Notes: generated by a model from the sequence alone, not told the origin. 64,000 bases of DNA from the human T2T-CHM13v2.0 reference genome, Homo sapiens (GCF_009914755.1 NC_060947.1); one strand, 5' to 3'; shown: positions 41,712 through 57,448, counted from the stretch's first letter. A program made the numbers and translations.

Positions 41712-43984
41712 TTGCTGGAAACTTTTAATCAGATTTATTCTTTGGACATAGTTCTGGAAAGTAGTCACTTCAGGCATTGTTTTGAATTTATTGGACCTTA
41801 TGATAATGGGACTGGCTATCTGGGAGACCCTGGTTCTGGCTGGACCCTAACAAGTGAAACTGGAACTGAATCAGTTGGGGGAATGAAGCAAGTCTAACAG
41901 CTGTTTGACTTCTCACATTCAGTTAGCTGTGAAGCTTCCAATTTATCTGGCAGTGTTTGTTGAATAAATAGGAAAAAATTGTCCAAAATTTTTATCTGTG
42001 AGTTAAAATTCCCATAGAAATAGTTAGCTTTCCAGGGATCCTCTCCAAGTTGTAATAAACCACCTGTGTTCAGTAGGAATAACCTACTGAAGTAGAATAT
42101 TGGCCAACACAACCACTCACATTTAATTTAATCACTTATTCTAGTCTCCTCTCAGAACTCCACATACAGGTGAAGTGATCCTCTTCTTACTTAGTTGTGA
42201 AGGTGTTAGTATTCGATCTCTTGAGTTAAATTTCTATTTCTTGAAGAGAAGTGACTACAATAAACTCATTTGAGGATGACTGGAAAGAAAGATATCAAAG
42301 CTCTACTTAGAATCTATTTGATGCAAGAAATAATTTGAGGGACAATGTGATTGAGTTTCCGTATCCATAACTGGTTTTAAGTAAACTCAATTTTTGTGTA
42401 AGGTAACAAGGGTTTAATATTCAAACAGAAATTTATGGAAATTAAGCTGCCTGGAAGGAAAATTTTAGAACAGCCTCGGTATCTGTCAGGGATCAGATAC
42501 CATCTTAAGCAGAATGTCCTGATTGCCAGGCATCTGCGTAAATATATTTTTCTCTTATTCCTTCTGTTTTTCCAGCTATTGATTTTAGAATGCTTTTACT
42601 TTCCCAAATCTACTTTATCTATAAATGTGGATAACCCAGGATCAGCAAATTTGAAATGTTGTGGTTCAGAACTGCACTTGGTCATACTGTATACAATGAT
42701 AGCTTGCAAAAGTGATCACTCCATCCCACCCCTTCCACTAGCCCTAAAAGATGGACGATAAAGCCCTCTCTTCTGCTGTTCCTTCTGGGAGAAGTGTCTG
42801 TAGGTTTTCATAAATCTAAGCCAAAATATACCCCTTTGAGCCAACTTTGAGCCATCACATGGCTGTCCCCTGCATTGATTGAAATTTTTCTTTGTATTTT
42901 ATGATGCAGTGGATGTAATATTTTCAAGTGCTGTTTTTATGTGTACAAAATTGTGACTATTTTTCTCTAGTTCACCTTATTTCTCTTTTAAGCCCCCAAT
43001 CTTTCTAGTGGCAGAAAACTTAAATGTAGTAAGTTCTGGACAAGCAGTTATTTAAGGTTTAAACGCACTTAATTAAGAATTTCCCCCCTTCTAAATCTTT
43101 CTTTTCAAGATGGAAGCTAAGTTCTGGAGTTTATGTAGCATTATGTCTCTATGGTGGCTGGGCGTGACTTTGAGGTGGCCATTGGTGGGGAGGTGGCACC
43201 AGGCCTCAGCTGTGGTCATGTGAATTACACTGGTATCTACTGAGGTGGACTGTGCTGTCTGTCCTCCTCAATGGCATTTGGCAAGGTGACAAGTTCCCCC
43301 TGGCACTCTGGGTCTCATGAGTGCAACTTGGGAAGATAGTTGGCTTTTTCCCAAGATGTGCAAAGGTGGGAGGGAGAAGCTACAAAGCTGCAAGGGTGAT
43401 TTGGGCCCATTTCACTTCATGTAGTAGTGGCTCAGGGAGCTCTCAGGGGCTCTTTGGACCAGTTTTCTTCTTTACTCAGCTCTGAGAACCTTGTCTCTGG
43501 GTTGTATTATACTGTGTATCTCATGGGTACTGGTTCTATCATGATATTCATTCTTGAAGATTAATGATAGTCTCATATGTTGCATGTCTTACAGCCTTAA
43601 CTCATGATGGCATGGGGGTCATGTGGTTAAAAGGAAGTACAGGATGAAGTGAGAGTGTGTAGAAGAGTTCATGAGCATATCAGTTAATGCTTAAAAAGTC
43701 CATCCTATGTAAGAGTTTATTTAGTGGACCCAAGGAGGTTTCATTACTTCTGGTAATTGGGAAGGATCCCATGGCCAGAAATGAAAATAAGTAGAATTGA
43801 ATAAATGTGTAGAGTCAGGAGATAACATGTGGAGGTGGGTCTTGGCTTGCAACTTGGGATAGGCTTGAAGGGAAGGGTCATCTTTGTATGGACAAGGAGA
43901 AGAGTTGAGCACTCTGCACAAGGATGAAGAACAGATTAAGTGGAAGACTTCAAACTGATACTGAGGGTTTGTGTTACTTCTAGG

Positions 43985-44110
43985 TATGACACACACAGAC
44001 ACGTACACATGTATATATATGTTATATCTCTCTGTGTTTGTGTGTGCATACACATATATGCATACACACATATATCTATGTGTATATATATACATATATA
44101 CACATATGTT
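43985..44110. repeat. Degenerate (CA)/(TA)/(TG) low-complexity tract
   Basis: Mixed alternating purine-pyrimidine repeats. Confidence 0.8.
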
Positions 44111-45088
44111 TGTTGGTGCTGTCATACATGGAATTTTTACTGTTTGTATTTTATAACTGGTTACTGCTAGTATGAAGATAAACTATTAATTTTTATATGT
44201 TTATGATATAAATGATAGCATAACTCATTTTATTTTTTTTGAGTTTTCTGGGTAGAATATCCTGGAAATAAGTATAAATTTGTCTTCTTTCTCTTGGTTT
44301 ACTTAAAATTATTTTGGTTTTTATTAAATAGATTTAACACAGTATTGACTTGATATTTATGTGGATGTGCATGTAGTTTCTTATGGAAGAGAAATTTCAT
44401 ATTAAATAACTATTGAATTCCTGGAATAAAAGTTTGTTTTGGAGGATCTTTTAAAATGCTCATTTTAAGAAAGAGTGCATTTTAGATTTGATTTGCTAAA
44501 AACTTGCTGATAATTTTTATTGGATATATTATTGATTTGTGTGTATGTGTGTACATGCTACTATTGCAATGTTGTGGAATCAGAAATGTGTTAGACTCAT
44601 AAGGTGAATTGAGAAGATTTGACTCCTTTTCTCTGATTGGATATAGTTGATACAGTATAGGAATTATCTGTCCCTTGTAATATAGAATGAACATAACTAT
44701 AAAATTGTCTGATACAGGGCCAGGTTGTTGAAGTAATTCTTTGGCATTAAAATTGATTTAATTTTTTTGTTTTATAAGATCTCCTTTATTTTTCTTTTTA
44801 AAGAATATACTTTTTATTTTACCATTTTCTTTATCATTAGCAACTCCTTTCTTTCATGCACATTTTATTGTTCCATTTCTTGTTCCTTGAATGGACTTTT
44901 GGTCCTTTGTTTTTAATCATTTTTGTTTACTCATATGTGTATTTTCCTCTAAATTCGACTTTGGTTGCCGTCTATATAATGTGTGCTTTAATCTCATTAG
45001 CATTTCTAGCTAAAGAGACAGTGGCTTATTTTGATATTTTCTTTAACCCAAAGGTTATTTAGAAGACTGCTTTAAATTTCCAAACACT

Positions 45089-48000
45089 AAGGGCTTCAAA
45101 ATGGCTGAATAGATGCATCTGGTACTTGCCTCCTCCATGTAGAAGAACCAAAATAGTTAGTAGATAATCACACTTCAAGCAGATAATCTGAGAGAGAACA
45201 CTTGAATTCAACAGAGAATTGATGGGAAACACTGAAAGCAAAGAAGGAGAGGGAAGTGAGGCAATCTGTTCAGCTGGGATTCACTGAGTGTCTGGAGAGG
45301 CTCCATAATAGAGGGGCATTGTAAGAGATCCCAAATGAGAGGTAAGTGAGAGAGCCCCCGGTATTGCCACAGACTCTTGTAATCTTAGTTATGGGAGAGG
45401 GCTTCAACCCTCATGGGCCCACAGAGTATCACAGAGCACTGTCTAGAGATCGCATAAAGGCATTGCTCCAGAGACAGAGCTCATGCTGACTCCCACAAAC
45501 CTCCAAGTTCTAAGCAGCTGCTGCATAGCACCCTTTTGAGAGCCCAGTCCTCACCAGACTTTGGCCTGCCCTTGGGCTCAACAGCTCCTGCATCTTTATA
45601 TCACTGGAGACCCATTGAAATTCCTCAGCCACAGCTGCCACCACTGAGGCCCACCGTGAGACAACTGACAGCAACTTTGCCCCTTAAGCAGAGGGGTGGC
45701 TGCTCATTTTCACACATGCCTAAGACAAATTGCACTGACTGCAACTGCTACCACTATGGGCTGCTGTGGTACCAAGGTATGAGCAAAGCTCATGTCCACC
45801 AGCCACTTGCATATGGCTGTTCTCACTGAAAGCAACCACAGCCTCATCAGTAATAGGGAAGCAGTTCAACCACTGCTACTCCAAAGGAGGATTCTGCTGG
45901 AGGTCTGCGACTCACCCTGCCCCTGCCTACAACAGCCAGCACTTGCATGCACCACGCTGAGGCCTGAGGGCCGGTCTGCCCAGCCAAGCTCCATCCTTCC
46001 TAAAACCAGAGTATGCCATCTAGGGGCCTAGGGATTGTCCAGCCTAGTAAACCACTGTTAGCACCTAAGCACTCCTCCCAGGGTCTGAGTTAGGGCCTAC
46101 TCCACCTGATGCTACCAACACAGCACGCTCCCACCCACAGGTGCCAGCTGTAGGCCTGAGGACTGGCTCAGCAGCCCACTGCAGGTACTACCAACATGAG
46201 CACAGTCTGTGTAGATCCCAGAGGGTTGTTCCACCACTGCTACTGCCATTGCCCACACTATGCCCACTTCCCACTGGCTCATGAACCTGCCCACCCACCC
46301 AGCCAACCTCTGCCATTTCTAAAACCCAAGAAAGCCAGCTGAAGGGTCTGTAAATGTTCTTCATGGACCCACCAAAAATGGTGCCAGTGTATACCACCCT
46401 GGGATCCAAGGACAGGCATGCTCAGCCCACCATTGCTACCACTGGGTCCAAAAACTGGCTCACCTGGTGCCCCAGTCCCCAATAAAACTTCACCACAGCC
46501 TCCACTAACAACTGAATCATAAGATATAGAGGAAATCAGATACCACTGATGCTGTTTACAGCCAAATAAATCATAAAGAGAATACCCTACTACATGCACC
46601 AAGAATCAAAGCCAAAGTCCCCTGCACAGCCAATACCATAGGTACGTCCTCAGGAAAAAATTCTCCCCTGTGAAGCCAAATTCAAAAAAATTGGAAGAAG
46701 CAACTGTTACACCAGATGTGCAGATATAAATGTAAGGACACAAGAAACATGAAAAAGCAAGGAAATATGAAACCTCCAAATAAATAATTTTGCAGCAAAA
46801 ATATCAGTCAAGAAAAAATTTATAAAATCACAAAGAAAACTCAAAATATTGATACTAAAGAAGCTCAGTGAGATATAAGAGAATACCGAAAAACAATACA
46901 AATAATTCAGAAAAACAATTTAGGATATAAATGAGAAATTCACCAAAGAGATATCATAAAAAAGAACCAAACAGGAACTCTGGAACTGAATAATTCATTT
47001 AATAAAATACAAAATATACTCAAAAAGTTCAACAATAGACTAGAAGCAGACTTCAAGCAGAAGAAAGAATTTAAGAACTTGAAGACAGGTCTTCTGTAAT
47101 AACCCAGACACAAAAAATAAAAAAGAATAAAAAAATGAACAAAGCCTATGTGACTTATGAGACACCATAAAGTGAGCAAATATTAAATATTTGGTGTCCC
47201 AGAAGGCAAAGAGAAAATGAAAGGTCAGGAAAACCTATTTTAAAAATAATAGATGAAAAATTTCCAAGTCTAGCAAGAGACTTAGACATCCAGATACAGA
47301 AGGCTCAAAGATCCCTAAGTAGATACAACTTTAAAAGGTACATTAAAAGGGCCCATTATAGCCCAACTGTCAAAAGTCAAGAGAAAGTGAAAATTCTAAA
47401 CACAGTAAGAGAAAAGCATCTAGTCACTTGCGAAGGAATCACCATCAGACTAACAGCACGTTAGTCAGTAGAAAACTTACAGGGCAGAGGAGAATGGGAT
47501 GATATATTCAAATGGCTGAAAGAAAAAAAACCTTCCAGACAAGGATACTATACATAGCAAAGTTATTAATAAATGAAGGAGAAATGAAGTATTTCCCATA
47601 TAAGTAAAAGTTCAGGGAATTCATCACCACTAGATTGGCCCTATAAAAAATGCTTATGGGAGTCCTACACCTGGAAGTGAAAAAAATGATAGCTATGATA
47701 CCATCATGAAAATACACAAAGCATAAAAGCTAGTGGTAGAGCAAAAACATAAGGAAGAGAAAAAACTCAAATGTTACCACTACAGGATACCACCAAACCA
47801 CAATGATAAACAATAAGAGAGAAATAACGACCAAAAATACACAAAAAACAAATCAGTTAATGAAATGACAGGAATAAGCCTTCACATGTCAGTAATAACT
47901 TTGAAAATAAATTGATTAAATTCTCCACCTAAGAGATATAGAATGGCTGAATGCATCAAAATAATAACATGACCCAACAATACGCTGCTTATAAGAAACT

Positions 48001-51000
48001 CACCTTAACAGTAGACACATACAGACTGAAAGTAAAGGAGTGGAAAAAGATACTCTGTGCAAATGGAAATCAAAAGTGAGCAGGAGTAGCTGTATATGTA
48101 TCAGATAAAACCGGCTTTAAGTGAAAAACAGTAAAAAGAAACAAGGTTTTTATGTAATGATAAAGTGATGAATTCAGCAAGAGGATATAACAGTTCTAAA
48201 CATATATGCACCCAAAACTGTAGCATGCAGATATATAAAGCAGATATTATTAGATCTAAAGAGAGAGAAAGACTTCAATATAAGAATAGTTTAAGACTTC
48301 AACACTCCACTCTCAGCATTAGGCAGATCATCTAAATAGAAAATTTACAGAGAAATGTAAGATTTAAACTGCACATTTGACAAATGGACCTAAAAGACAT
48401 TTATAGAACATTTATCTAACAGCTGCAGAATATACATTCTTCTCATTAGCACATGGAACAGTCCCCAGAGTGGACAATATGTTAGAACACAAAAAAAGTC
48501 TCAATACTTTTTTTAAAAAATCAAAAGCATATCGAGTATCTTCTCAAACTACAATGGATAAAACTAGAAATTAATAACCTTTGGAAACTGTACAAATACA
48601 TGAAAATTAAATAACATATCTTTGAATGATGATTGGGTCAAGGAAGAAACTAAGGCAGAAATAAAAAAATTCTTGAAACCAATAAAAATTAAAACACAGT
48701 ATACCAAAACATATTTGATACAGCAAAAGCAGTACTAAGAAGGAAGTTTATAGAAATAAATGCCTACATCAAAAAAGTGGAAAGGTTTTGAACAATCTAA
48801 TAATGCACATCAAGGAATGAGAAAAGCAAAAACAAACCAAAGCCAAAATTAGTAGCGGAAAAGAAATATTAGAGATCACAGCAGAACTAAACAAAGTAGA
48901 GACTAAGCAAAACAAAACAGAAAACAGGTGCAAGGGATCAATGAAACAAAAACCTGGTTTTTTGAAAAGATAAAAAAAATCAATAAACCACTAGCTAGAC
49001 TAACGAAGGAAAAAAAGACAAATGACACAAATTAACAAAATCAGAAATGAAAAGGGAGACGTTACAACTAATACCATAGAAATACAAAAGATTATCAGAG
49101 ACTACTATGAACTGTACACCAACCAGTTAGAAAACCTAGAAAAAAGGGGTAAATTCCTGGAAACATACAACCTACCAAGATTAAGAAAGAAATAAAATAC
49201 TTGAACAGACCAATAATGAATATTGAGATTGAGTCGGTAATAAAATGTCTCCCAACAAAGAAAAGCCCAGGACCAGATGGAATCCAAACCGAATTCTAAC
49301 AAACTTTCAAAGAAGTAACACAAATTATCTTCAAACCATTCCAAAAGATTGAAGAGAGGGAAATTTTTCCTAACTCATTCTATGAGGCCAGCATGAAACG
49401 TGCCAAAACCAGACAAAGATGCAACAACAACAATAACAACAAAACTACAGGGCAGTATCCCTAATAAACATGAATGTAAACATTCTCAGCAAAATTCTAG
49501 AAAACTGAATCCAACAGCGTATTAACAAAGGAATACACCATATTCAAGTGAGATTTATCCCAGAAATAAAAGGATGGTTGATGTACGCAAATCAATAAAT
49601 GGGGATACATCATATCAACAGAATGAAGGACAGACCAGGTGCAGTAGCTCACACCTGTAATCCTAGCACTTTGGCCGAGGAAGGTGGATCGCTTGATCCC
49701 AGGAATTTGACCAGCCTGGGCGACTTGACAAAACCCCATCTTTACTAAAAAACAAAACAAAACAACAACAACAACAACAACAAACTCTGGGCGTGGTAGC
49801 AGGAGCTTGTGGTCCCAGCTACTCAGGAGGGCTGCTGTGGGAGGATTGCTTGAGCCCAGGAAGTTGAGACTGCAGTGACCTGTGATTCCGTGATTGTGCC
49901 ACTGCACTCCAGCCTCAGTGACAGGAGTGAGGACCTGTATTGAAAAAACAAAAACATACAAAACCAGAATGAAAGACAAATAACAAATGGTCATCTCAAT
50001 AGATGCAAAAAAACTATTTTATAAAATTCAACATCACTTTATGATAAAAACTCTCAATGAACTAGGCCTCGAAGAAACATACCTCAACATAATAAAGGCC
50101 ATTTATGACAAACCCACAGCTCACATCACAGTGAATGGGGAAAAGCTGAAAACTTTTCTCCTAAGAACCAGAACCAGGCAAAGATGCCCACTTTTACCAC
50201 TCTTCAACATAACACTGCAAGTCCTAGCCAAAGCAATCACGCAAAAGAAAGAAAAGCCTCCAAATTGGACAAGAAGACAATTGTTCCTGTTTGCTAATGA
50301 TATCATCTTATACCCAGAAAAACCTAAAGACTCCACTAAAAAACTCTTAGATCTCATACAAAAATTCAGTAACATTGCAGATTACAAAATTAACTATAAA
50401 AATCAGTAGGGATTCCATATACCAATAATGAACTAACTGTGACAGAAATCAATAAGGCCATCCCATTTACAATAGTTACAAAAAATAAAATACCTAGGAT
50501 TAAATTTAACCAAAGAGATGAAAGATCTCTACAAGGAAAACTGTAAAACACTTACAAAATAAATTGAAGAGGACACAAAAATGAAAAGATATTCCATAAT
50601 AATGACTGGACGAATTAATATACTTAACATGGCCATCCTGCTCAGAGCAACCTACAGACTCAATGCAATCCCTATAAAAGTACTAATATCATTTTTCACA
50701 GAAATACAAAAAAAATTCCTAACATTTGTATGGAACCATAAAAGACCCTCAACAGCCAAAGCAATTCTGAGCAGAAAGAATGAAGCTGGAGCTATTACAC
50801 TACCTGACTTCAAAACATATTACAAGGTAATATTAACCAAAAGAGCATGATATTGGTATAAAAACAGACAAATAAACCAATGGAACAGAATAGAGAATTC
50901 AAAAGTAAATTCATGTATTTACAACCAACTGATCTTCCACAAAGGCATGAAGAACATACATTGGGGAAATAATAGTCTCTTCAATAAATGATGCTGGGAA

Positions 51001-52385
51001 AATTGAATATCCATATGCAAAAGAATGAAACTGGACGCTTTATCTCTCACCATTTACAAAAATCAACTCAAGATGGATTAAATCTTAAATATATGACCTG
51101 AAGCTATAAAACTACTAGAAAAAACTTTTGGACAATACTTTAGGAAATTGGTCAAAATTTTATGGCTAAGACTTCAAAAGCACAGACAATAAAAAATTAG
51201 ACAAATGGGACTATATTAAATGAAAAATCTCTGCACAGAGAGGGTAGAAATCAACCAAGTGAAGACACAACCTGTTGGATGGGAGACAATATTTGAAACC
51301 ACTCATCTGACAAGGGAATAAAATCTAGAATATACAATGAATTGAAACAACTCAATAGTAAGAAAACAAATACTACCATTACAAAGTGAGAAGAGGATAT
51401 GAATACATAATTCTCAGAAGAGATACAAATGGCCAACAGATACATGAAAAAATGCCCAACATCACTGATTATCAGGGAAATGCAAATCAAAACCACAATT
51501 AGATATCATCTTGCACCAGTTACAATGGCTATTATTAAAAAGACAATAGTGACAGATTCTAGCGAGGATGTGGAGAAAAGGGAACTCTTAGACTCTGTTG
51601 GTGGAAATGTAAATTAGTAAGCCACTATGGAAAACATAATGGAGATTTCTCAAAAAACTAAATGTAGAATTACCATTTGGCCCAGCATTCCCACTACTGG
51701 CTATTTATCTGAAGGAAAAGAAATCAATATATCAAAGATATGTCTGCACTTACGTGTTTATTGCAGCACTCTGCACAATAACAAATATATAGAATCAGCC
51801 TAAGTGTCCATTAATGGACAAATGAATAAAGAAAATGTGGTATATATACACAATGGAATACTATTTGGCCATAGAAAAAAATAAAATCATGTCATTTGCA
51901 ACAACATGGATAAAACTCGAGGTTATCATGTTGAATGAAATAAGCCAGGCACAGAACGACAAATATCACCTGTTCTTACTCATGTTAGTGAGTAAGTTCT
52001 TATTCCCTCATGTGTGGGAGCTTAAAAAGTTGATCTTATAGAGGTAGAGAGTACAATAGTAGGTACTAGAGGTTGGGAAGGGTGTGTGGGTAGGAAGGGG
52101 ATGAAAAGAGGTTGGTCAAGGTACAAACATGGTTATATAGAAAGTATAAGTTTTAATGTTCAAGAGCAGAGTAGGGTGCCTATAGTTAGCATGAATGAAT
52201 TATATATTTCAAAGTAGATAGAAGAGAGTACATGAAATGTTTTCAATGCTTAGTTATAATAAATACTCAAGGAGATGGATACCCCAAATACTCTGACTTG
52301 ATTATTACACATTCTATGCATGTAACAAAATATCACATCTACTCTGTAAATATATAAAATATTATGTATCAATTAAATTAAAAAA
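45089..52385 (+). mobile_element. Full-length degenerate L1 (L1MA2-4-like) with an Alu insertion
   Basis: 5' terminus CAAAATGGCTGAATAGATGCATCTGG, 5' UTR to ~46700, ORF1 remnant, ORF2 RT remnants (MVISIDAKK...LFANDIILY at 49987-50409; 50581-50850; MWYIYTMEYY at 51835), L1MA 3' UTR and A-rich tail. Confidence 0.93.
49633..49964 (+). mobile_element. AluJ inside L1 ORF2, with a (CAA)n-expanded middle linker
   Basis: TSD CAGAATGAAGGACA / CAGAATGAAAGACA (49619-49632, 49965-49978). Confidence 0.92.
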
Positions 52386-53249
52386 TGTCAACATGCATAG
52401 ACCTCTTTATCTTTTGTTTTGTGAATTTCTTGTTTTACTACTTGCTCTTAGAGAATGAGTCCTGCATAGTTTCTACTTTTGTAAGGCTTTAGTGAGTTTT
52501 TGGTGATACAGTAAAATTTTGTAAACAATAACCGTTAATTTGACAATTTATGTTTTGAAGACTAAACCTTTTCAACATCTATTAAAACACCTATTCAAAA
52601 ATACTTACACAAGAAGCCTATTTTGGTCACAAAGAATCTTGATTTTATTCTCTGATAGCAACTTATCTCCCTGTTATGTTTTCCTGTAGGCCATGGGAAA
52701 ATTACATAAATTACAGATTTGTTTACCCTAAGTAACCAACACAGACCAGGTGTATCCTGCCAAAAGCATTCCACACTCTGTTAGCATATACCATCAAAGT
52801 ACAAGGAGATTTGGCCAGATTTTTTTGTTTTTTTGTTTTTTTCCCTAGGAAAATGGGGATGGGATTCAAACAAGCTATTTATATTTGCCCTCCTAATTGT
52901 TCAAAAACAATTTCAAATAAACAAAGGGGACATGTTTAAAATCTGGAAATAAAATTCTAAGTGTTTAAAAAAACAAGTTGAAAGCAGGAATAAAGGAAGA
53001 ATGCAGACTACTAAGGATATGAATTCATTCTCAACAATGATAGAAAAGGTTAAAATACCTGTTCCTTCTAATCTCATTCTTTCTCTTACTCCCTGCCCTC
53101 ATGCAACCGTGGCCTAATGTTTATTTTTTAAATATGCCAAGTTTATTCTCTACCTTAGACATTGCATTGCCTGGTCCCTCTAACTGAAACATTCTCCTCC
53201 CAAATCATCAGATATTTAATGTTTATTGTAAATGACAGTGTAATATATT

Positions 53250-53390
53250 AAGACTGCAGATTCTGAAGACAGATTGCGTGGGTTCAAAACCCACCTCCAC
53301 CAATAATTTAGCCACATGTAAAATATGGCTACCTCCTACAGTTGCGAAAATTAAATGAGTCAACTCATAATATGTGGGTAATAATAATTA
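53250..53390 (+). mobile_element. MIR fragment
   Basis: GACAGATTGCGTGGGTTCAAAACCCACCTCCACCA...TGTAAAAT...ATTAAATGAG. Confidence 0.65.
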
Positions 53391-56300
53391 TTAGTCATTG
53401 TTGTCATTCATGTCATCATCATTCGTTCATTATCTTTCTCATTCACTGTGTAATTTAAATATTCAAATATTTATATTTCTATGAATTATTTTCTATGTTT
53501 CTTCAATTTGAAAATTAACTGACCTCACTGTTGTCAGTGGTCACCAAATTGATGGGATATTGATGTCCATCATACTCACACAATTTCATTTTGTAATTGA
53601 TGCATAATAGAGCTACACAGTTTTTGGGTATGTGTGATAATACGTTCATATAATTTTTAAAGATTAAATCAGTGTGCTTGGGATATATGTCACCTTAAAT
53701 ATTTTTCTTTCTTTATGTTTGATTCATTCAAATTCTTCTCCTAGCTGTTTTGAATTATACAAAATTATTGTAAACTATAGTCACCCTACTTACTTATTTA
53801 ACACAAGGTCTTGTTCTATCAAACCTTATAATTGTACCCATTAATCAACTTGTCTGCATCCTTCCAACCCCACTACCCTTCTCAAACTCTGGTAACCACC
53901 AACTTACTTTCTACCTCCACGAGATCAACATTTTTTAGTTCCCATGCATCACTGACAACATGTGATATTTGTTTTCCTTTGCTTGTCTTATTTCACTTAA
54001 TATAATGACCTCTAGTTCCATCTATGTTGCTGCAAATGACATGATTTCATTTTTTATGGCTGAATAATATTCCATTGCGTATATATGCCACACATTCTTT
54101 ACCTGTTCATCTGCTGCTGGGAACTTAGATTTATACTGTATTTTGGCTATTATGAATAGTGGTGCAATAAACATGAGTGCATGTATCACACTGATGTCCT
54201 TTCTTTTGGATATATACCCAGTAGTAGAATTGCTGGATCGTATGGTAGTTCTATTACAGTTTTTTTGAGGCATCTCCATAACGTTCTCCATAGTGGCTTC
54301 CCTAATTTACATTCCCACCAACAGTGTACCAGGGTTCCCCTTTCTCTGCATCCTTGCCAGCATCCATTATTGCCCATTTTTTTCGTAAAAGCCATTTTAA
54401 CTGGGGTGAGATGATATCTCATTGTATTATTTACATTTTTTGATGATTAGTGGTGTTGAGCATTTTTCCATAAACCTCTTGGCTATTTCTGTGTCTTCTT
54501 TTGAGAAATGTCTGTTCAGATAATCTACTCATTCTTTAATAGGATTATTAGACTTTTTCCTATAGGGTTGTTTGAGCTCCTTATATATTCTGGTTATTAA
54601 TTTCTTGTCAGGTGGATAGTTTGCAAATACTTTCTTCCATTCTGTGGGTTGTCTCTTCACTTTGTTGATTGCTTCCTTTGCTGTGCAAAAGCTTTAGCTT
54701 GATGTAATCACATTTGTCTATTTCTGCTTTGGTTGCCAGTGCTTCTGAGGTCTTTCTTTAAAAATCTTTGCCCAGACCAATGTCCTAGAGCATTTTTCCA
54801 ATGTTCTCTTCTAGCAGGTTCATGGTTTCAGACCTTAGATTTAAGTAATTTAATCTATTTTGATTTTATTTTGTATATGGTGAGAGATAGGGATCTGGTT
54901 TCATTCCTCTGCATATAATTATCCTGTCCTTCTCACACCATTTATTGAAGAGACTGGCCTTTCACCATTGCATGTTCTTGGCATCTTTGTTGAAGATCAC
55001 TTAGCTGATCACAGTAAATATATGAATTTGTTTCTGAGTTCCCTATTTTGTTCCATTTGTCTATGTGTGTTTTATGCCAGTACCATGATTATACAGTTAT
55101 TATATCTTTGTAGTAATTGTGAAGTCATGTACTGTGATGCCTCCAGCTCTGTTCTTTTTGTTTAGGATTGCTTTGGTTGTTCAGGATCTTCTGTGGTCCC
55201 ATATAAATTTTAGGATTTTTTTCCTATTACTGTGATGCTTGTCATTGGTAATTTGATAGGGATTGCACTGAATCTATACATTTATTCAGGTAGTATTGTC
55301 ATTTTTAACAACATTAATTCTTACAGTCCATGAGCATGGAATATCTTTCAATTTTTTGGGGTGTCCTCTTCTATTTTTTTCATCAGTGTTTTATAGTTTT
55401 CCTTATGTAAATCTTTCACTTCCTTGGTTAAATTGATTTTGAGATATTTTATATTCATCATGGCTATTGTTAATGAGATTGCTTTCTTGATTTGTTTTTT
55501 AGATTATTCACTGTTGGCTTATAGAAGAGCTACTGATTTTTGTATGTTAATTTTGTATTCTGCAACCTTACTAAGTTCTTTTATCAGTTCTAACAGTTTT
55601 CGGGTGACATCATTAGGTTTTTTTAATGTAAGATCACATTATCTGCAAAAAAGGCTAATTTGACTTCTTCCTTTCCAATTTGAATGTCCTTTGTTTCCTT
55701 TTCTTGCCTAATTGCTCTGGCCAGGAACTCCAGTACTAATTGAATAAAAGTGGTGAAAACAGGCATTCTTGTCTTATTCCAGATCTTAGAGGGAAGACCT
55801 TAAATTTGTTCCCATTTAGTATGATGTTTTAGCTATCGGTTTGTTATATATGGCCTTCATTATGTTGAAGTATATTCTTTCTATGTCCAGTTTGTTGGGA
55901 TTTTAATCATAGAGGGATGTAAAATTTTATTGAATTTTTGCCACCTATTGATATAATCAGGTGGTTTTTGTTCTTGGTTCTGTTAATGTGATAAATCACA
56001 TGTTTTTATTAGCATATGTTGAACCATCCTGGCATCCCTGGGATTAGTCCTACTTAATTATGATGAATGATCTTTTTAATGTGTTGTTGAATTTAGTTTT
56101 CAAGCATTTTGTTAAAAAATGTTGCATCTATATTCATCAGTGATATTAGCCTGTATTTTTGTCATTGTTGTATTCTTGTCTGCTTTTGGTATCAGAATAA
56201 TGCTGGCCTTGAGAAATAGGTCTGGAAATATTTCCTCCTCCTCAATTTTTTGAAGAGTTTGAGTAGAATTGATATTAGCTCTTCTTTAAATGTTTGATAA

Positions 56301-57149
56301 AATTCAGTAATGAAGCCATAAATTCCTGGGCTTTTTTAAATGGGAAGCTTTTATTATACCTGTGACCTTGTTACTAGTTATTTGTTTATTGAGGTTTTCT
56401 GTTTCTTAATGGTTCACTCTTGACAGGCTGTATGCTTCCAGGAGTTTATGCATTTCTTTTTGGTTTTCTGACTTGGAGTATAGTTATTCATAATAGTCTG
56501 TAATGATTCTTCATATTTCTGTGGTCTCAGTTGTTATGTCTCCCTTTTTTTTCTGATTTGATTTCTTTGGGTATTCTGTTTCTTATTCTAGCTAAAGATT
56601 TGTTGATTTTATTTATCTTTTCAAAAAACCAACTTTTCATTTTATTGATTTTCTGTCTTGCTTTTTTAGTATCAATTTCATTTATTTCTGCTACTATTTT
56701 TATGTTTTCCTTCTACCAATTTTGGGTTTGGTTTGCTTTTGCTTTTATAATTCCTTGAGGTGCATCATTAGGTTATTTATTTGAAGTTTGCCTACTTTTT
56801 AAATATAAGCATTTATTTCTATAAACTTCCCTCTTAGTACTGCTTTTGCTGTATCTCATAGATTTTTGTTTATTGCATTTCAATGTTATTTTGTTTCAAT
56901 AAATGTTTAGATTTCCTTATTAATATCTTCAATGACCCATCAGTCATTTAGGGTCTTTTTTTTTTTTTTTTAATTTCCATGTGTTTGTAAAGGTCTGAGG
57001 TTTCTCTTGTTACTGATTTCTAGTGTTATTTCATTGTGGTCAAAAAAGATACTTGATATTATTTCTACTATTTTGAATTTGCTCGTACTGTTTTTGGCCT
57101 AAGATTTGGTCTATTCCTGAGAATGTTGCATGTGCTGATGAAGATTGTG

Positions 57150-57448
57150 GGCTGTGTGCAGTGGCTCATGCCTATAATTTCAGCACTTTGGGAGGCCTAG
57201 GCGGGCAGGTCGCTTGAGCTCAGGAGTTGGAAACCAGCCTGGGCAACATGGTAAAACCTCATCTCTACAAAATATACAAAAATTAGCTTGGCATGGTATT
57301 GAGCACCTGTAGCCCCAGCTACTCAGGAGGCTGAGGTGGGAGAATTGCTTGAGCCTGGGAGGTGGAGGTTACGGTGAGCTGAAATAACACCATTACACTC
57401 CAGCCTGGGTGACAGAGTGAGAGCCTGTCTCAAAAAAAAAGAGAAGAA
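57150..57448 (+). mobile_element. AluJb/AluSz-like inside L1 ORF2
   Basis: Dimeric Alu. TSD AAGATTGT (57141-57148, 57449-57456). Confidence 0.94.

Noticed and set aside
43721-44170. Overlapping ORFs rich in Y/I/C/V/H/T
   Set aside because: Translation of dinucleotide low-complexity sequence
49497-49994. 165-aa minus-strand ORF
   Set aside because: Antisense Alu plus L1 read-through. The poly-Val comes from the (CAA)n linker.
49987-52041. Reverse-transcriptase-like ORF fragments
   Set aside because: Frameshifted remnants of an ordinary dead L1 ORF2 (catalytic FADD reads FAND), not a novel RT system
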